From: Candidatus Omnitrophota bacterium
GTDB lineage: Bacteria > Omnitrophota > Gorgyraeia > JACQQV01
Assembly: GCA_016206785.1 (NCBI GenBank)
Contig: JACQQV010000031.1
Span: 35,860 to 99,859 of the forward strand
DNA length: 64,000 nucleotides
Direction: 5' to 3'
The translations under genes and the position numbers were made by a program. Under the pieces are notes generated by a model. That model did no database searches. It saw nothing but the letters and a program-made list of their open reading frames with translations, and was not told the origin of the DNA. This document shows positions 1 through 14,200 of this stretch, one piece after another. How positions within the stretch are numbered: position 1 is the first letter of the stretch; every line of letters starts with the position of its first letter.

Positions 1-1212
<1,212 letters not shown>

Positions 1213-1233
1213 TGGTACCTCCGTTAAAAGTTT

Positions 1234-1262
1234 ACTATAACATAAAAAAGCGCGCCGGTCAA
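1234..1262 (-). promoter_or_regulatory. sigma70-type promoter for icd-mdh
   Basis: TTGACC-N17-TATAGT on minus strand, overlapping the upstream terminator hairpin. Confidence 0.6.
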
Positions 1263-1275
1263 TCAAGCGCGCTTT
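1244..1275 (-). terminator. Intrinsic terminator of the giant-gene operon
   Basis: AAAGCGCGC-loop-GCGCGC followed by TTTTTT, about 25 nt after the giant ORF stop. Confidence 0.7.
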
Positions 1276-1300
1276 GAAATGTGAGATTGAATCCTAAAAA

Positions 1301-2203
1301 TTACAGCCCTTTAAGCACCATGGTGGCGATCCGCTTCGCCTCAGCAAGTTCGTTTTGCACCTTTTCGCTTGTCATCAGTTTCCCGGCCTTACCGAATCCC
1401 TGCGTCACCTCGACAAGGAGGAGCTTTGTGGTTGTGTCAAGATCTTCAAGCCGGTCTTCCCTAAGGAGAGACATTTGCGAGGCAAGACTTGTCCCCAGAT
1501 ACACCTCTTTAAGGAAATCGACCGGTGTCTTCAGGGGGACCGTAAAAACCTTCTGCTCATTGATAGAGGAAATAAGGGCTTTGCGGTGGGGCCCAAATGC
1601 GAGAGAAACAGGAGAGAGAAGTCCATGCTTTTCGAGCCCGAACGCTTCTTGATCCGCCGGCGTCAAAAGAAAGACCGCGGATGGCTTTTCAGGGAGTTGA
1701 TCCAAACGGGTCTTGAACCGACCCGCCATCTTGTCGACCAAGGGAGCCCCATAGGCATAGCTCAATTCATCAAAGAGTTTTCTTCCTTCTGGCGTCGAAA
1801 ATTCTGGAGCGGCAAAGAATAAAAACCCTTCTGTCTGTTTTAAAAGGTAGGAAAGGACGTCTGGATTCGATGTTAAGTCCTCATCCAGGAGTCTCGATGC
1901 GCTTAACAACAGGATTGTGGATTGACTGATGTGATCCATCCGGCTTCCAATTTCAAGATGGAGGATGTCTTCCTCAACAGGCATCGGTATCCGTTTCGGA
2001 TCTAATTTTTTATTCTGACGAGAAAAGAGCTCCCGTACCAGGATGGTATAGAGCGTGCGGATCGAACCTCGATGCGCTTCGTCGGTTTTATTGAGTTCAT
2101 CAAGGAGGGGCTCCTCCTCAAACATCTTCGATAGGGTAATTGCTTTGGGACCCACGCTCTTCATAAGCGATGTGACCGCCTCCGCCAGCGAGACCTCTTT
2201 CTT
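1301..2203 (-). other. Giant protein C-terminal module of unknown function (~300 aa)
   Basis: Follows last AQDGG motif; no recognised motif; ends ...ELAEAKRIATMVLKGL. Confidence 0.5.
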
Positions 2204-5200
2204 CCCGCCGTCTTGGGCGTAAGATTGGACACGTTCCGCGAATCTGTCATTTTCTGCAAAAATCCAGTCGGGAAGTGGGAATCCTTTATCGACGAATTCC
2301 TCTTTGAGATATTCGGTTCGGCGCTCCGCCTCGGCGCCATAGAAGGCAGCGTCGTATCCGAGGACGGTATCGAGATTCGCACGGATGAGGGCGACGTTCG
2401 CCTTGTCCTCCGCCGTCATCTTCTCCGGTAAAAGATCGTCAAGAATCCGCTCAATTGCGGCACGGGTCGGCATATAACCGAGGGATGTTTCAACCGCCTC
2501 TCCCTTCCCCGTTGTATTCCCCTTGATCCGCTCGGTCGCCCAGATGACCGCAATCGTATTCCATGAATAACCGGGCCATAGGAAATTTCCATCGGCTCCC
2601 TTCTGGAACCAGTTCACATGGAAAAAGAGGGGTTTGTTCTCACCGAGTTTCTCGATCACGGCACGCTGATTGTCCAGATATTCCTTTTCACTGAGTCCAA
2701 AGAAAGGCTTCATCGCCACAGGGTCCGGCTCAACGGCACCCACCTTCACATCACTTGCGGCAGCGGTTGCCTCCCGGATGAGCATAAACTGATCGTAAAG
2801 ACCTGAGTTCAGATCCCGCGACTGATAAATGAGCGGGACCCCTTTGGACATCTTCCCCCCGACGAAGAAGGCATGAACGGTGAGGCCTTTCGGATCGTTC
2901 CATTTTGGCGAACGGTTCGGAACGTTCGTAATCCGGGTGGTAAACCGCGAGTTTGGATGGGCCCATTGGTCCACGTTCGGATGCGTCGCGGGACTTGCCG
3001 GCTCCCGTCTCCAGTTGATCCATCCCTCACCCGTCGGAAGTTCTTTTGTAAGTTTCCTCCACCACACTTCACCCGTAAAAACATTGTAGGCGACATTTGT
3101 AAAGACGGTTCCCGTATTGTCTCCGATCGCCTCCATGGCCACCGCATTGGAACGCTCATTGGTGTCGGGTGCTACCCCAAAAAGCCCACGTTCCGGGTTA
3201 ATGGCATGAAGTCTATGATCCTCTTCATCGACCCACGACCAGGTAATATCATCTCCAAAAAATTCTGTCCCATAGAGATGCTGAAGGGGTGCAGGAACTT
3301 GAAGCATCGCAAAATTGGTTTTGCCTGAAGCGCTCGGTGCCGCATCAAGGATTCCGAAAAGTCCACCGGTTGTTTTGTCACGGAATCCGAGCATCGCCAT
3401 ATGTTCGACAAGCCATCCCTGCTTGGCAGCAAGGTACCCCGCAATACGAAGCGAGACATGTTTTTTGCCGAGGATTGCATTCCCTCCGTACGCCGACCCA
3501 AAAGACCAGACTTCACCCTGATCGACCACATCGACAAAATAGCGATCATCATCTGTCAGTTTTTCAAGATCCCCTGTGGCCTGGACTCCCTCAATAAACT
3601 TTCCACCCTTTTCTTCCAAGGCAACCAACGCCTCCTCGCCCACGATGACCTCACCGACCGCTGCCATAATATCTTGATTGGTGAAAACGTAAGGATTGTC
3701 GGTTAACATCATCATCACTTGAGAAACAGGGGACTTTCTTAGTCCCATGAGGACCGGTACGACATACATCGTCTTCCCGGCATAAGAGCCCTTGACCTTC
3801 GCCTTCACTTCTGGAAGAAATTTCTCCGTGAGTCGATGATTGTTATACCGCCCTTTATCCGCAGGATTACTGGAGAGAACAAAGGTTCTCTTCTCCATCC
3901 GGGCCACATCGTTCACATCGGAGAAGGAAACCGAGGTACCGTTTTTCCGCCGGATGAAGTGCCCCGGACGTACGACCTCTTGGACGGCCTCCGTGAAGGA
4001 GAGGCCGTCGCCCGTAAGCCGCCGGATTTCTACCGCAACTTCTTCTTGCGTCCGCGCCACGCCAGCGATCGCTTCCTGAATGTCGTCCTGATTCAAAATA
4101 ACTTTGATGCTACCGGCGCCGACAAAGTCTACCATCTCCGAAACCCACCCCCGCGCCGCTTCGTTCTGGATTTTGGCTAACTGGATCGCCTGATTCTCTC
4201 TAAATTCTTTCCCACCCCCATCCGCGGCCCTCTTTGGAACATAAACGAGAAAAGCCATGTCCATGATGTTGGTCCCGGTGGGGCCTGTGATGATATGAAT
4301 TCCCATCTCTTTTGCAAAAGCCCCAGACTTAAAACGGCGAAGAAACTCTTCGGGATCAAGCCCCTTCTTTTGAGCCAAATCTACCGTCTCACTCGTTACA
4401 ACCGCCCCAGCACCCCCCCACCGACCATCCTTCCCATCGGTCGCCCCTGCCAAGAAGGTTGCCTTTCCGAGGTTCCTTTTCTCAAGTTGTAAGGAAGAAA
4501 GGAGATTCGCTACCGTTAAAGCAAGGTGACTATTTCTCCCACCCTCTCCTGCTCCAGGTGGTACCTCCACCTCTGGTTCCCCACCCCAAAGGAGCACGAC
4601 AGGCTCTTTTCCAAGATAGGGGGAGAGGGTTGATACCATTCGATCCGCTTCTTTTTCTACAGATTGGGTAAGGGGCTCGTCAATAATCACTGTCTTGAGT
4701 CCAAAGGAACGAGCCACCTCCGCCGCCCTCTCAAGACCGGGTCTATTTCCAAAGAGGAGCGCTGACTGAAAACGTTTTTGGTCGAGGAAGGTGTCACTAG
4801 GTCGAACCACTTTTTGTGTTTGTTCTTTGATGTTTTGTTCAATATCATCGCGTACCGTAAGAGGAACTTTGTCCCACAGTTTACGTTTTACGAGAATATC
4901 CTTCGCGTCTTGAAAAGTGCTTCTATCCCCAACGGTGTACCCGGAAGCGATATCTTCGAGTCGATCATACGGAACGTCAGACCCAAGGAGATTCACAAAA
5001 TATTTTGCATTTCCACCGAGTTTTAGAATCTCGGTCCGCTGATCGACATGCTTACGGATAATATTTTTGTCATGAATATTCATTCCTGAATCTTCAAGGG
5101 TTTGGTAGAGTTCCCGTAAATCCTTCAATGGAATTTCAGGAACGGGGAGAGCACCGATCGCGCTCCCTCCTCCCGAAATAAGGGTGATCACCATATCCTG

Positions 5201-8200
5201 AGGGGTCGCTTTGGCGAGGAGTTTCAATATTGCTTCAGTCCCCTCGGCCCCCTCCAAGCCTGGGGTTGGATGTTGACCGGCATACAGTTGAATGACACCG
5301 ATCTTGCCACGATATTTTTCCTTCTGTTCATGCCCATCGACACTCAACACACCCGCCGTGATCCGGTTCCCAAAAATTTTATGAAGCGCCTCGGCCATCC
5401 CGGCAACCACCTTGCCATATCCAACGACGTAAATATGTTTGACCTCGTTCAAATCATATTCACGTCTTTGGATCGTGAGTTTCTTTGAAAGAGCATCATA
5501 CACGACATTTCTTCTCACCGCATCCGAAGCATTGGCGCTTTGGATCGCCTCAAAGAACATCCGGTTTGCCAAAACCTCTTCAACCGGAACTCCAGGAACG
5601 GGATTCTTGGGAAAGGAGCCATCCAGAATTGCACTTAGGTTTTCAAACGCGATCTCCTGCATCCTGCGGCGGACAGGAATCACCGCGCTTCCTGTATGCC
5701 CTGTGATCTTTACATTGGAAAGTTCAAAAAGACCCTGCTTCGAACTTCCATTTGTATTGCTCTCATCAGTGAGCACATCGAAATGGCCCTGAGCCTCCGG
5801 GTGCTTTTTCAAATGAGCGATCATATCTTCTTCGTTTATAACGCCACCTCTTGAAGTATTGAGGTGGATCGCTTTAGGTTTGGTTTTCGCGAGGAATTCT
5901 CGATTCACCCAATGTTTGGTTTCTGAATTCAGATCAAAGAGGTAAGTGAAGATATCGGGTTCTTTAGCAAGGGTATCTTTATCGACCACTTGAATCCCCT
6001 GTCGAGAGGCGCGCGCGATATTATCGGAATTCTTTTCAAAAGTGAGCATCTTCATTCCCAATGCAGCCGCCCGTGAGGCAACCGCCTGACCGATCCGGCC
6101 GAATCCTGCGATCCCGAGCGTCTGTCCGGCAAGAGTCTTTTCAAACAATGCCCCTTCACGGCCCGATTTTACCCAAAGATCTTCAGGGTCAACAATGGTA
6201 TGGTGAACGCCATCAAGAGGAGTTGTTCCTGGAAGACGAATGACGTAATCTGCTTTCTCACGAAGTTCGTGGAGTTTTGGCACGATGGGAAAGTAGGTTA
6301 AACGAAGTTTCGATTCCTCTTCAGGAGTGAGCCGTTGATCCTCAGGGGCGAAGTAGACAATAGAAGCGATGCCGTGGGCGTTCGCAAATTCTGCAAGACG
6401 CTTACCCACCTCATTCATCCCCACAATCCCAAGAGAAGTTTTGACGCCGACCTCCGGATCGGCTCCCAATTGATCATGAAGAATGGTCGCCTCAGGGCCA
6501 ACACCACATCCACAATACTTCCCATCCCTGACAAACTGGTACATGTCACCCAAACGGAGGGACTGACGCAACAGTTCTCCCCAAAGGATCTCCGCCACCG
6601 CTTGCGGATGTTGGGGAATTGCTGCAAGAAGAACCTCTTCCAATTTCTTCTTTCCAATTTTTTCCTGAGAAATGGAATCGGTAAGGAGGTAGTTTGCGTT
6701 GAGCGCCTTCCCGATATTGAGCTCGGCCATCGCAATCGTTAAGGGGCTCCCGGTAGGCGTCTGTGCATTGGTCACAAAGATCCCCCGCTTCCGCGCCTCT
6801 TCGCGGTCCACATTGTTATACCCGATGCTGAATTGAAGAATCCCTTTTAAATGGGGGGAGGCGTCCATAACCTCTTTGTCAAAACTCAAATTGGTAAATC
6901 CGGTGATGTAGTCATAATCTCCCTTCCGGACAATTTCGAGAAATTGCTTTTGATCGAGGCGTTGATAGTAATCTTCTCCGGCTTTGAAAATTTCAGACCC
7001 GGTCCTCAGGACGTCGACATTAACGTCTCCTCTTTGTCTGTAGAGCTGGCGGACATTCTCATCCAAGGGCTCTATGACCAATACATTTGCTTTTGGATTT
7101 TCAACCCTCGTTCTTCGGACCTCGACTCCCGGCACGACCTCAACGATGGATTCCTCGGTAGGCTCCCGTACAACTTCTCTCCCTCCATCGCGAGAAGCTT
7201 CATAGGTCCCCTGTTCAAAGGAATGGCCTCCTGCACTCGGGTAGAAGCGGGCCATCCGGAATCGGTTCGAACCTTCTTCAATCGGATCAAACCGGTGGAT
7301 CCCCGTCTCTACAAGAGGTTCTGCGTAAATAGCGACTTCAAAGAGGATTTCATCACCGTCATTGATCACTTGATGAACCGGATTGATGACTCGCGTAATT
7401 TTTGAAATACTTCCCTTCCGAATGGATTCTTCCGAGACCTTTTCCAGAGAGACAATGTTTCCTGCTGTTTGTGAAACCATACGAAAACGCCTCTCCTTCC
7501 CACGCCCTTCACCGACGATGCAGAAGACACAAGCATTTCCACCATGATTATGAATAGGATTCCCTTGACCGGGAAGATACGCGATAATGCTTAATTCAAA
7601 ACGCTTTTGGGGATCGAGGTGAATCACAACGCGGGGGTAATCGGTAGGACCTTTGAGGCCTTGGACCTTTCGCTTGGCAATGATATCGAGGATGCCGATC
7701 TCTTTTAAGAAATCTGGGGAGCGCGGAAGGAGTTCGTCGGTTAAAATCCTTGCCAGGGTATCTGCAAGACTCTTCTGTTCTTTATCCGATAACTTCTGAC
7801 CTTTCTTTAAAGAATCTACCTCAGCCGTCACACGATCCACAACCGCCTGCGTCACAGCGCCATATTTTGTCCCCCCATCCGTTCCAGATTCATACTTGGC
7901 CGATTTTTCCGCCGCCTGAGAGGCCTTCCACTCTTCCACCGTCGGAAGTGGGAAGAAGGCATCGAAAAGCGGTTTCACAATTCGCCCATCCTGAATCGCC
8001 TCGAGAATTTTTTCTTTCTCGGGGCCAGGATCTTTATCGGCATCATTGAATCCAACTTGAAGATCCCGACGGATGAATTCATAAAGCGGTCGTGTGTTCC
8101 CAAGGAGGTGGCCTCCCCCTTGTTGCAAAGCTCTTTCTTTAGCCTGAGGGAGTAACAGATCAAGACGCTTCGCAAGAAGTTCCATAAACACCTTATAATA

Positions 8201-11200
8201 TCCAGCGACAGCCTTGGCGTCATTGACAAGGTTGACCTCCACAGACCCAACCGCTTTCGGATCGCTCCGAAGAATATCGTCAATTTCGCCCGCCAGCGGA
8301 TCAAAAAGCGGCTTATATCTTTCAGAAGAAGTAAATGCATAATAATAAGGAGGGATCGTTTTCGCTTTCTTGACCAAGTGCGCGGTCATGAGAGGTGCGA
8401 TGTCCTTCCAATTCGTTACGACACTTGGCAGTGTCTCCTCAACGGTTTTTGCAATCGCTTCCTCTGTGGCGTTCTGGTAGATCCGTTCAATATTCCGGAG
8501 GTCAACCGCCTGAGCCGTGGAATAGAGATGATTTACAAGCATGAGTTGAAGAACTCCAACTGCCTTTTGCGTATACCGCGCAGAAATCAGGGCCAGCGAA
8601 TTGACGTCTTGATTCCCCAGCTCTGCATTTTTGACGTGAGTGGTCACTGGATTCGCCAGATACTCCAGCTCCGATTGGTAACTCGCCATTCCGATTTCTG
8701 AACCCTTATCCCCAAAGTCGAGGTTCGGGTCAGATCCTGCGAGATTTTTAAGGAGGCCGTTGTTGTAGGCGTCGCTGTGAAGTTCGGTATATTGGGCAAA
8801 AAGAATCTGGCCGATCGCGGAGAGGGCAAGACGTGTATTCTCCATGGCGACACCGAGGGGTGTTCCCTGGAAATTCCCTCCGTGAAGCACGCGGTCTCCT
8901 TCAACATCAATAATCGGATTGTCGGTCACAGAGTTCATTTCGGTCGTCACCGCTTCGGTTGCCGCCAAAACGACCTCGAGTTGCGGCCCAATGGCTTGGG
9001 GAGCGGTCCGAATTCCGTAACGGTCTTGCCGCATCCTCCCCCTTTCAATCTTTTCTTTCCCGTCCAGCTCATCCCGTGAGAGCCGACTTCCCTTAAGAAG
9101 ATGCAGAAGGTTTTCACCCACTTCAATCTGTCCTAAGTGTGGTTTGATGGCTTGAATGACCGGATCGTAACTTTGATTCGTGCCGATAAGCGTTTCGACG
9201 CTCAAAGCGGTTGTCGCCTGGGCAAGCAGAGCGAGAATGTTGGCATCATACAACACGTGGGTTGCCAAGGCATTGGCGACAGAGGTGCCATTGACAAAAG
9301 CAAGGCCTTCTTTAGGCCCAAGTGCAATCGGTTCAATGCCGGTGATCTGAAGTGCTTCTCTGGCTGAAATTTCTTTTCCTTGATAGCGTGCCTTTGCCGT
9401 CTCTTTCCCCATGAGCACCGCAAGCATGTGAGAGAGCGGTGAAAGGTCGCCGCTCGCCGTGATCGAGCCTTTATTGGGTACAACAGGGGTAACCCCCTTG
9501 TTAAGGAGTGCCACAAGATTTTCCAAAACAAGCCAACGGAGTCCCGAATATCCTTTAATATTGGAATTGGCGCGGATGAGCATGGCACCACGCACCTCAT
9601 CCTCCGGAAGCGTCGGACCAAAGCTCGAATTCAAGAAACGGATCAGTTCTGCCTGCAGTCTTTGCACTTCATTTGTCTGGGCGCCCGCGCTTCCGCCATA
9701 TCCTCTGTTGACGCCATAAATATCCCTTCCTTCGGCAATCGCTTTCGCAAGCCATTCCACAGAAGCATCGACCTTTGCTCGGACCTTTAGAGAATCCGTC
9801 AAAGAAACCGGTACACCATGCTGAGCCACTGCGGCCACATGGGGAATAGTAAGGTCTTCCCCGGTGACCACAACTTTATCGGTACGTTTCAATCCTTCAG
9901 CAAGGGCAAGTACAAGATCCCGATGCTTCGTCTGTTTGACAATATTTCTGAGTCCTTTCGTGTCTCGATAAGTTTTCTCCACGAGTTGCGCTTTTTCTCT
10001 TTCAACTTGTTTTTCTCTTTCCTTCCGGGTATACAATTCTTCAATCTGTTTTGCGAATCGCTTTTCAATCTGTGGACGAATGAGAGAGCCTTTTGGTGAA
10101 AGCGGAAGCGGTTCTTCGCCTGGCGCCATAATCACAATATTTTCCCGACGGACCCTTGAATAATCAAGGAAGTATTGATTAACATCCTCGAAGAGCCCCC
10201 AGATCGCTTCCTCAATGTCCATCCACTGTTTTCCTTTGAAAGCCGCATAGTTCGGTTGGACAATGGCGATATTGTAGGGTCTCAAATGCCCCACCAAGGC
10301 AGCCTTTTGAATCAAGGGGCTGTCTTCAAGCGCCATTTCAATTGGAAGCGGATTTGTCTTTTCGCCTGTCGGATGTGCAAAAATTTCGTCGTTCCGACCC
10401 ACATAGACATATCCCCCCTCAACCTCTTGGAAAAGATCTCCCGTATGGAAACGTTCAGGTTCTTTAAAGACATCTTTTGTCGCCTCTTCATTTTTAAGAT
10501 AGCCGGCGGTCACGGTTGGACTATTGTCAAGGACGAGCTCTTTCCCTTCAAGACCCGGGGTAGAAACAAAGTCGGCGTTCACCCCAGGGATCACCCGAAG
10601 AGTCCGCCAATCGCGCTTTTTCGGGTCCCCCAAGAAGATCGCGCCTCCCACATCGGTCATCCCCTCGCCTTGGATGACATTTACCCCCTTCCCTTGGAAA
10701 TATTTTCCAGTCGCTTCTGAAAGAACAACGCCACCTGACATGATAAATTTAAGGCCCCCCAATGTATCAAGTATCGTCGGATCTTTCTCTGCCATTGCCT
10801 GGAATCCTTCGAGCATCCACGGAACGGTGTAGAAAACATTCGCCTTGGTTTCTCTTAAGGAGGCGAGGAGTTGATCGGGCGTCGGCGGTCCCGGTTTTAA
10901 CCGTGGGAAGGCATATTTGGCACCGACGTACAGATTGCCCAAAAACTCAAAAGGGAGCCCCATGACATGAAAGAACGGAAGCCAACCGAGGGTCATATCT
11001 TCGTCGGTAAAATCACCCTCCCAGGCGAGCCGCGAGGCCTCCCGGTTATAGAGGAGATTCTGATGGGTCAGCGGAACTCCTTTTGGCAGTTTGGTGGTTC
11101 CTGAGGTATAAAGGATCAGTGCAACGTCCTCCGGTTTTATATCAACAGGCGGGATTTCGACAGGGGCCTCACCCTCTTGCCAAGTCGCTAAAGAAATTTC

Positions 11201-14200
11201 ACCCTCCTGAAGTTTTTCAGGAGGAAGTGCATCCAGTACGAAGATTTTTTTGATGTTTAGATTTTTAGATTTAAGGTCACGGGCGGCCTGAAGGAAAGGA
11301 CCTGCGGAGACAATAAGGGAAGTCGCATCAGAATTGGACACCATATGTTCAAGCACGGGAGGTGGCGCACGAAAGCTCATTGAGACAACCGCCCCTCCCA
11401 ATCCCCAAACCCCCATCGCGGTTTCCACAAATTCAGGACGATTCGGTGAAAGGAACGCGATCCGATCTCCCGGCCGGACCCCTTCGGTATAAAGCGCTTT
11501 CTTCAGCCGTGCCACCTCTTTGTCAACTTGATTGAAGGAGACCTCTTGGTATCCCTGCGTCGATGGAACGACGAGAAATCCCCGATCGCCATATCTCTCC
11601 ACCTGCATCGCCCAAAGATCCGGAATCACTCCCGTCTTCAGGGTCAGTTCTCCAAGGCGAAGGTTCCGGTAGGCACCGTCTTTGGCGAACTTACCCGCAT
11701 GTTTCTTGATGATTTCCTGATGGAGCGCCGGTTCAATATTTTTCCCCGAAATCATCAAAACGACGGTCCTGGCGTTTTCAAAAAGATCGCGATGTGCAAG
11801 AAGTGCTGCCACAGAAAGGACCCCCGCTCCTTCCGCCACAATCCCTTTTCCTTGATAGTGCTCCTGGTGAAGGAGTGCGATGGCGCGTTGGATATCCTCT
11901 TCCGAAACTGACACGACACTTCCAACTTTTTCTTGAAAGATCTTAAAGGGGATGACGCCTGGGCGTTTGACCTTCGCGCCGTCCGCAAGGGTCTCCGGGG
12001 AATCAATTTCAACGATCTTTCCGCTTCTCAGAGAACGAAGCATGCTATCTGATCCGGATGCCTGAACCCCGATTGTTTCTGTCCGCGGAGAGAGGGCACG
12101 GGTCACCGTCGCAATTCCGGCCAGATACCCTCCGGTTCCTACAGGCGCAACGATAACGTCGGGAGTCACTCTGTCTTTTTCGAGAATCTCCAGCGCAACA
12201 GTCCCTTGTCCGGCGATGACCCAAGGTTCAACGGGCGAGATGAAAATATTGCCGCGCCGGAGCGCCTCGTTATACCAGGCTTTCCGGAGGACATCGTCAA
12301 ATTTACCAGTGACCGTTTCCAACCGTCCTCCCAGTCTCTCGATCGCCTGACGCTTCGTAGGAACGATATCCTTCGGAACAAAAATCAGATTGTCGACTCC
12401 AAAGCGGTTCGCAGCAAGGACGACCCCTTGGGCATGATTTCCCTGGGAAGGGGCGATCACGGTGATACCCTTCCGATCAGCGAGCGGAACATTTTCAAGG
12501 ACATGAGCCACTTTCGCAAGTGCCCCGCGCCACTTGTATGAACCGATGGAGGACTCGCTGTCCAGCTTCAGGTAGATGCGTCGGTCGGTTCCTTTTCCAA
12601 AGAAATATTCGCTCAGAACCGGCGAATAAATGAGGGGCGCTTCTTCCAAGTAAGGGCCCATGAGACGATAAACTTCCCGAACCCGATCGATATCCACGTA
12701 TCCGTAGCGGGGCTCAAGACGTGTCCACCGATCCTCTGAAACCGCATGGGGGGAATCGGGAAGGGTGGCAACTTCTTTCAAGGTTACGAAGACTTTCGCA
12801 AGCCGCAGATCGATAAAGTAAGGATCGAGGGTTTCAAGATAGGTCAGGTCGATCGTCTTTTCCGGCACCACGCCCCCCTCCTGCGTCAGAAATCTCACGA
12901 TCTGGATTATTTCTTCGTAAAGGGCTTCCTCATATTGGGTCGGGTCTGACACCTGACGGGACTTAAGGTAAGCAAGTTTATCGATCGGCTCCAAGAGTCT
13001 CAAGGAACCGTTGGGGGTATCCTTGCTCCGACTCATTGTGCCGATGATACGGTCCTGAGCCACCTGACCATCCTGCACGATTTGGAAAACGACCTTCCCG
13101 TCTCCTCGCATCTGGATGGTAAAGGTGACAAATTCATAAGGCCTATTCCCCACGTTGGATTCGAGGAGTCCTGCCACTTCCTGAATCGTTTTTCCTCCAC
13201 CGTCGCGGGCCATGGCAGTGCTGACTAAAAACATTCTTCCTCTCCCTGTCACATCCCCCGAAGGACCGATTGAGACTTCATTAGCCCAACTGCTTCTTCC
13301 TGTAAAAATATTTCCTTTCCGATCGGTAAGAATACGTAGTCTCCCGTTGACAATCTCAACGTCTGTAATCTTCGGGCCTTTCTTTCCAGAAGGAGGTCGT
13401 GCAAATCGAAGAACAACCACTTCATCTTCTGGGGTCACCACCATGGCCAAAGCGGGATCTAATGCAGAGGTCTTTCTGGATAATCCTCTTATCGGAAAAC
13501 GAATGGGATTCTGCCAATAACTATCTTTCACAATCGCGACCCACTCTTCTCCTGCAAAGATCTTTGTCCCCCCTGTGGCAGGCCTCACTCCTTCTTCCCC
13601 TTGGACTCTGCTTTCATAATAAATAAAAGGCCAACTCCATTTTCGATGCTCCATTTCAATAGAAGCACCTCTTTGAGAAAGGGTCCCAGGATCTGTGTCA
13701 AATGTGGAGTGCGTCAATATCAAGGGAAAACTCTCTGGAGAAGAGATGCTGTCTTGAATTTTTTCTTCAAGGAGGTCATGAAGATGACTGTGTGGAAGGA
13801 CCTGCTGCCCAAATGCGTAGGAAGGGACGTCGACACGGAGTCGATCTCTAAATTGTTCAAGATTTAACCCTAGATTAAAGTGGTATCTGACACCCCCTCC
13901 AATATCTTCTGCAAGGAGAATCCCCTCTTGGACCAAAGGTCTAAGTGCTCCTAAGATCTCTCCTTCGCTCCTGATTTGTTGAAAGACCAAGGCCTCGCGC
14001 AGCCCACCATCCTTCGCAAACTGCGGGGGGGCTTTTTCCACTGCCACAGGCTTCCCGGCCTTTGCAAATGCCGTCGTGATCATGGCGACGACACGTTTCA
14101 GATTTCTGGCGATATCCTCTTCGCTGATCGGGACATTGGGATTGTTCAAATCGGCGGCCAGGTAATTTTGCGCAAGCATCCTGTCATGGATGGAAACGAA

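Noticed and set aside
7886-11671. NRPS/PKS assembly line
   Set aside because: Only one adenylation domain; I saw no carrier (GxDS), condensation (HHxxxDG) or ketosynthase motifs.
4229-12695. Other DG dipeptides (ATDGKDG, LADGAK, QDGRI) as junction motifs
   Set aside because: They lie inside folds and the first two are known family motifs of glycerate kinase and dehydratase.
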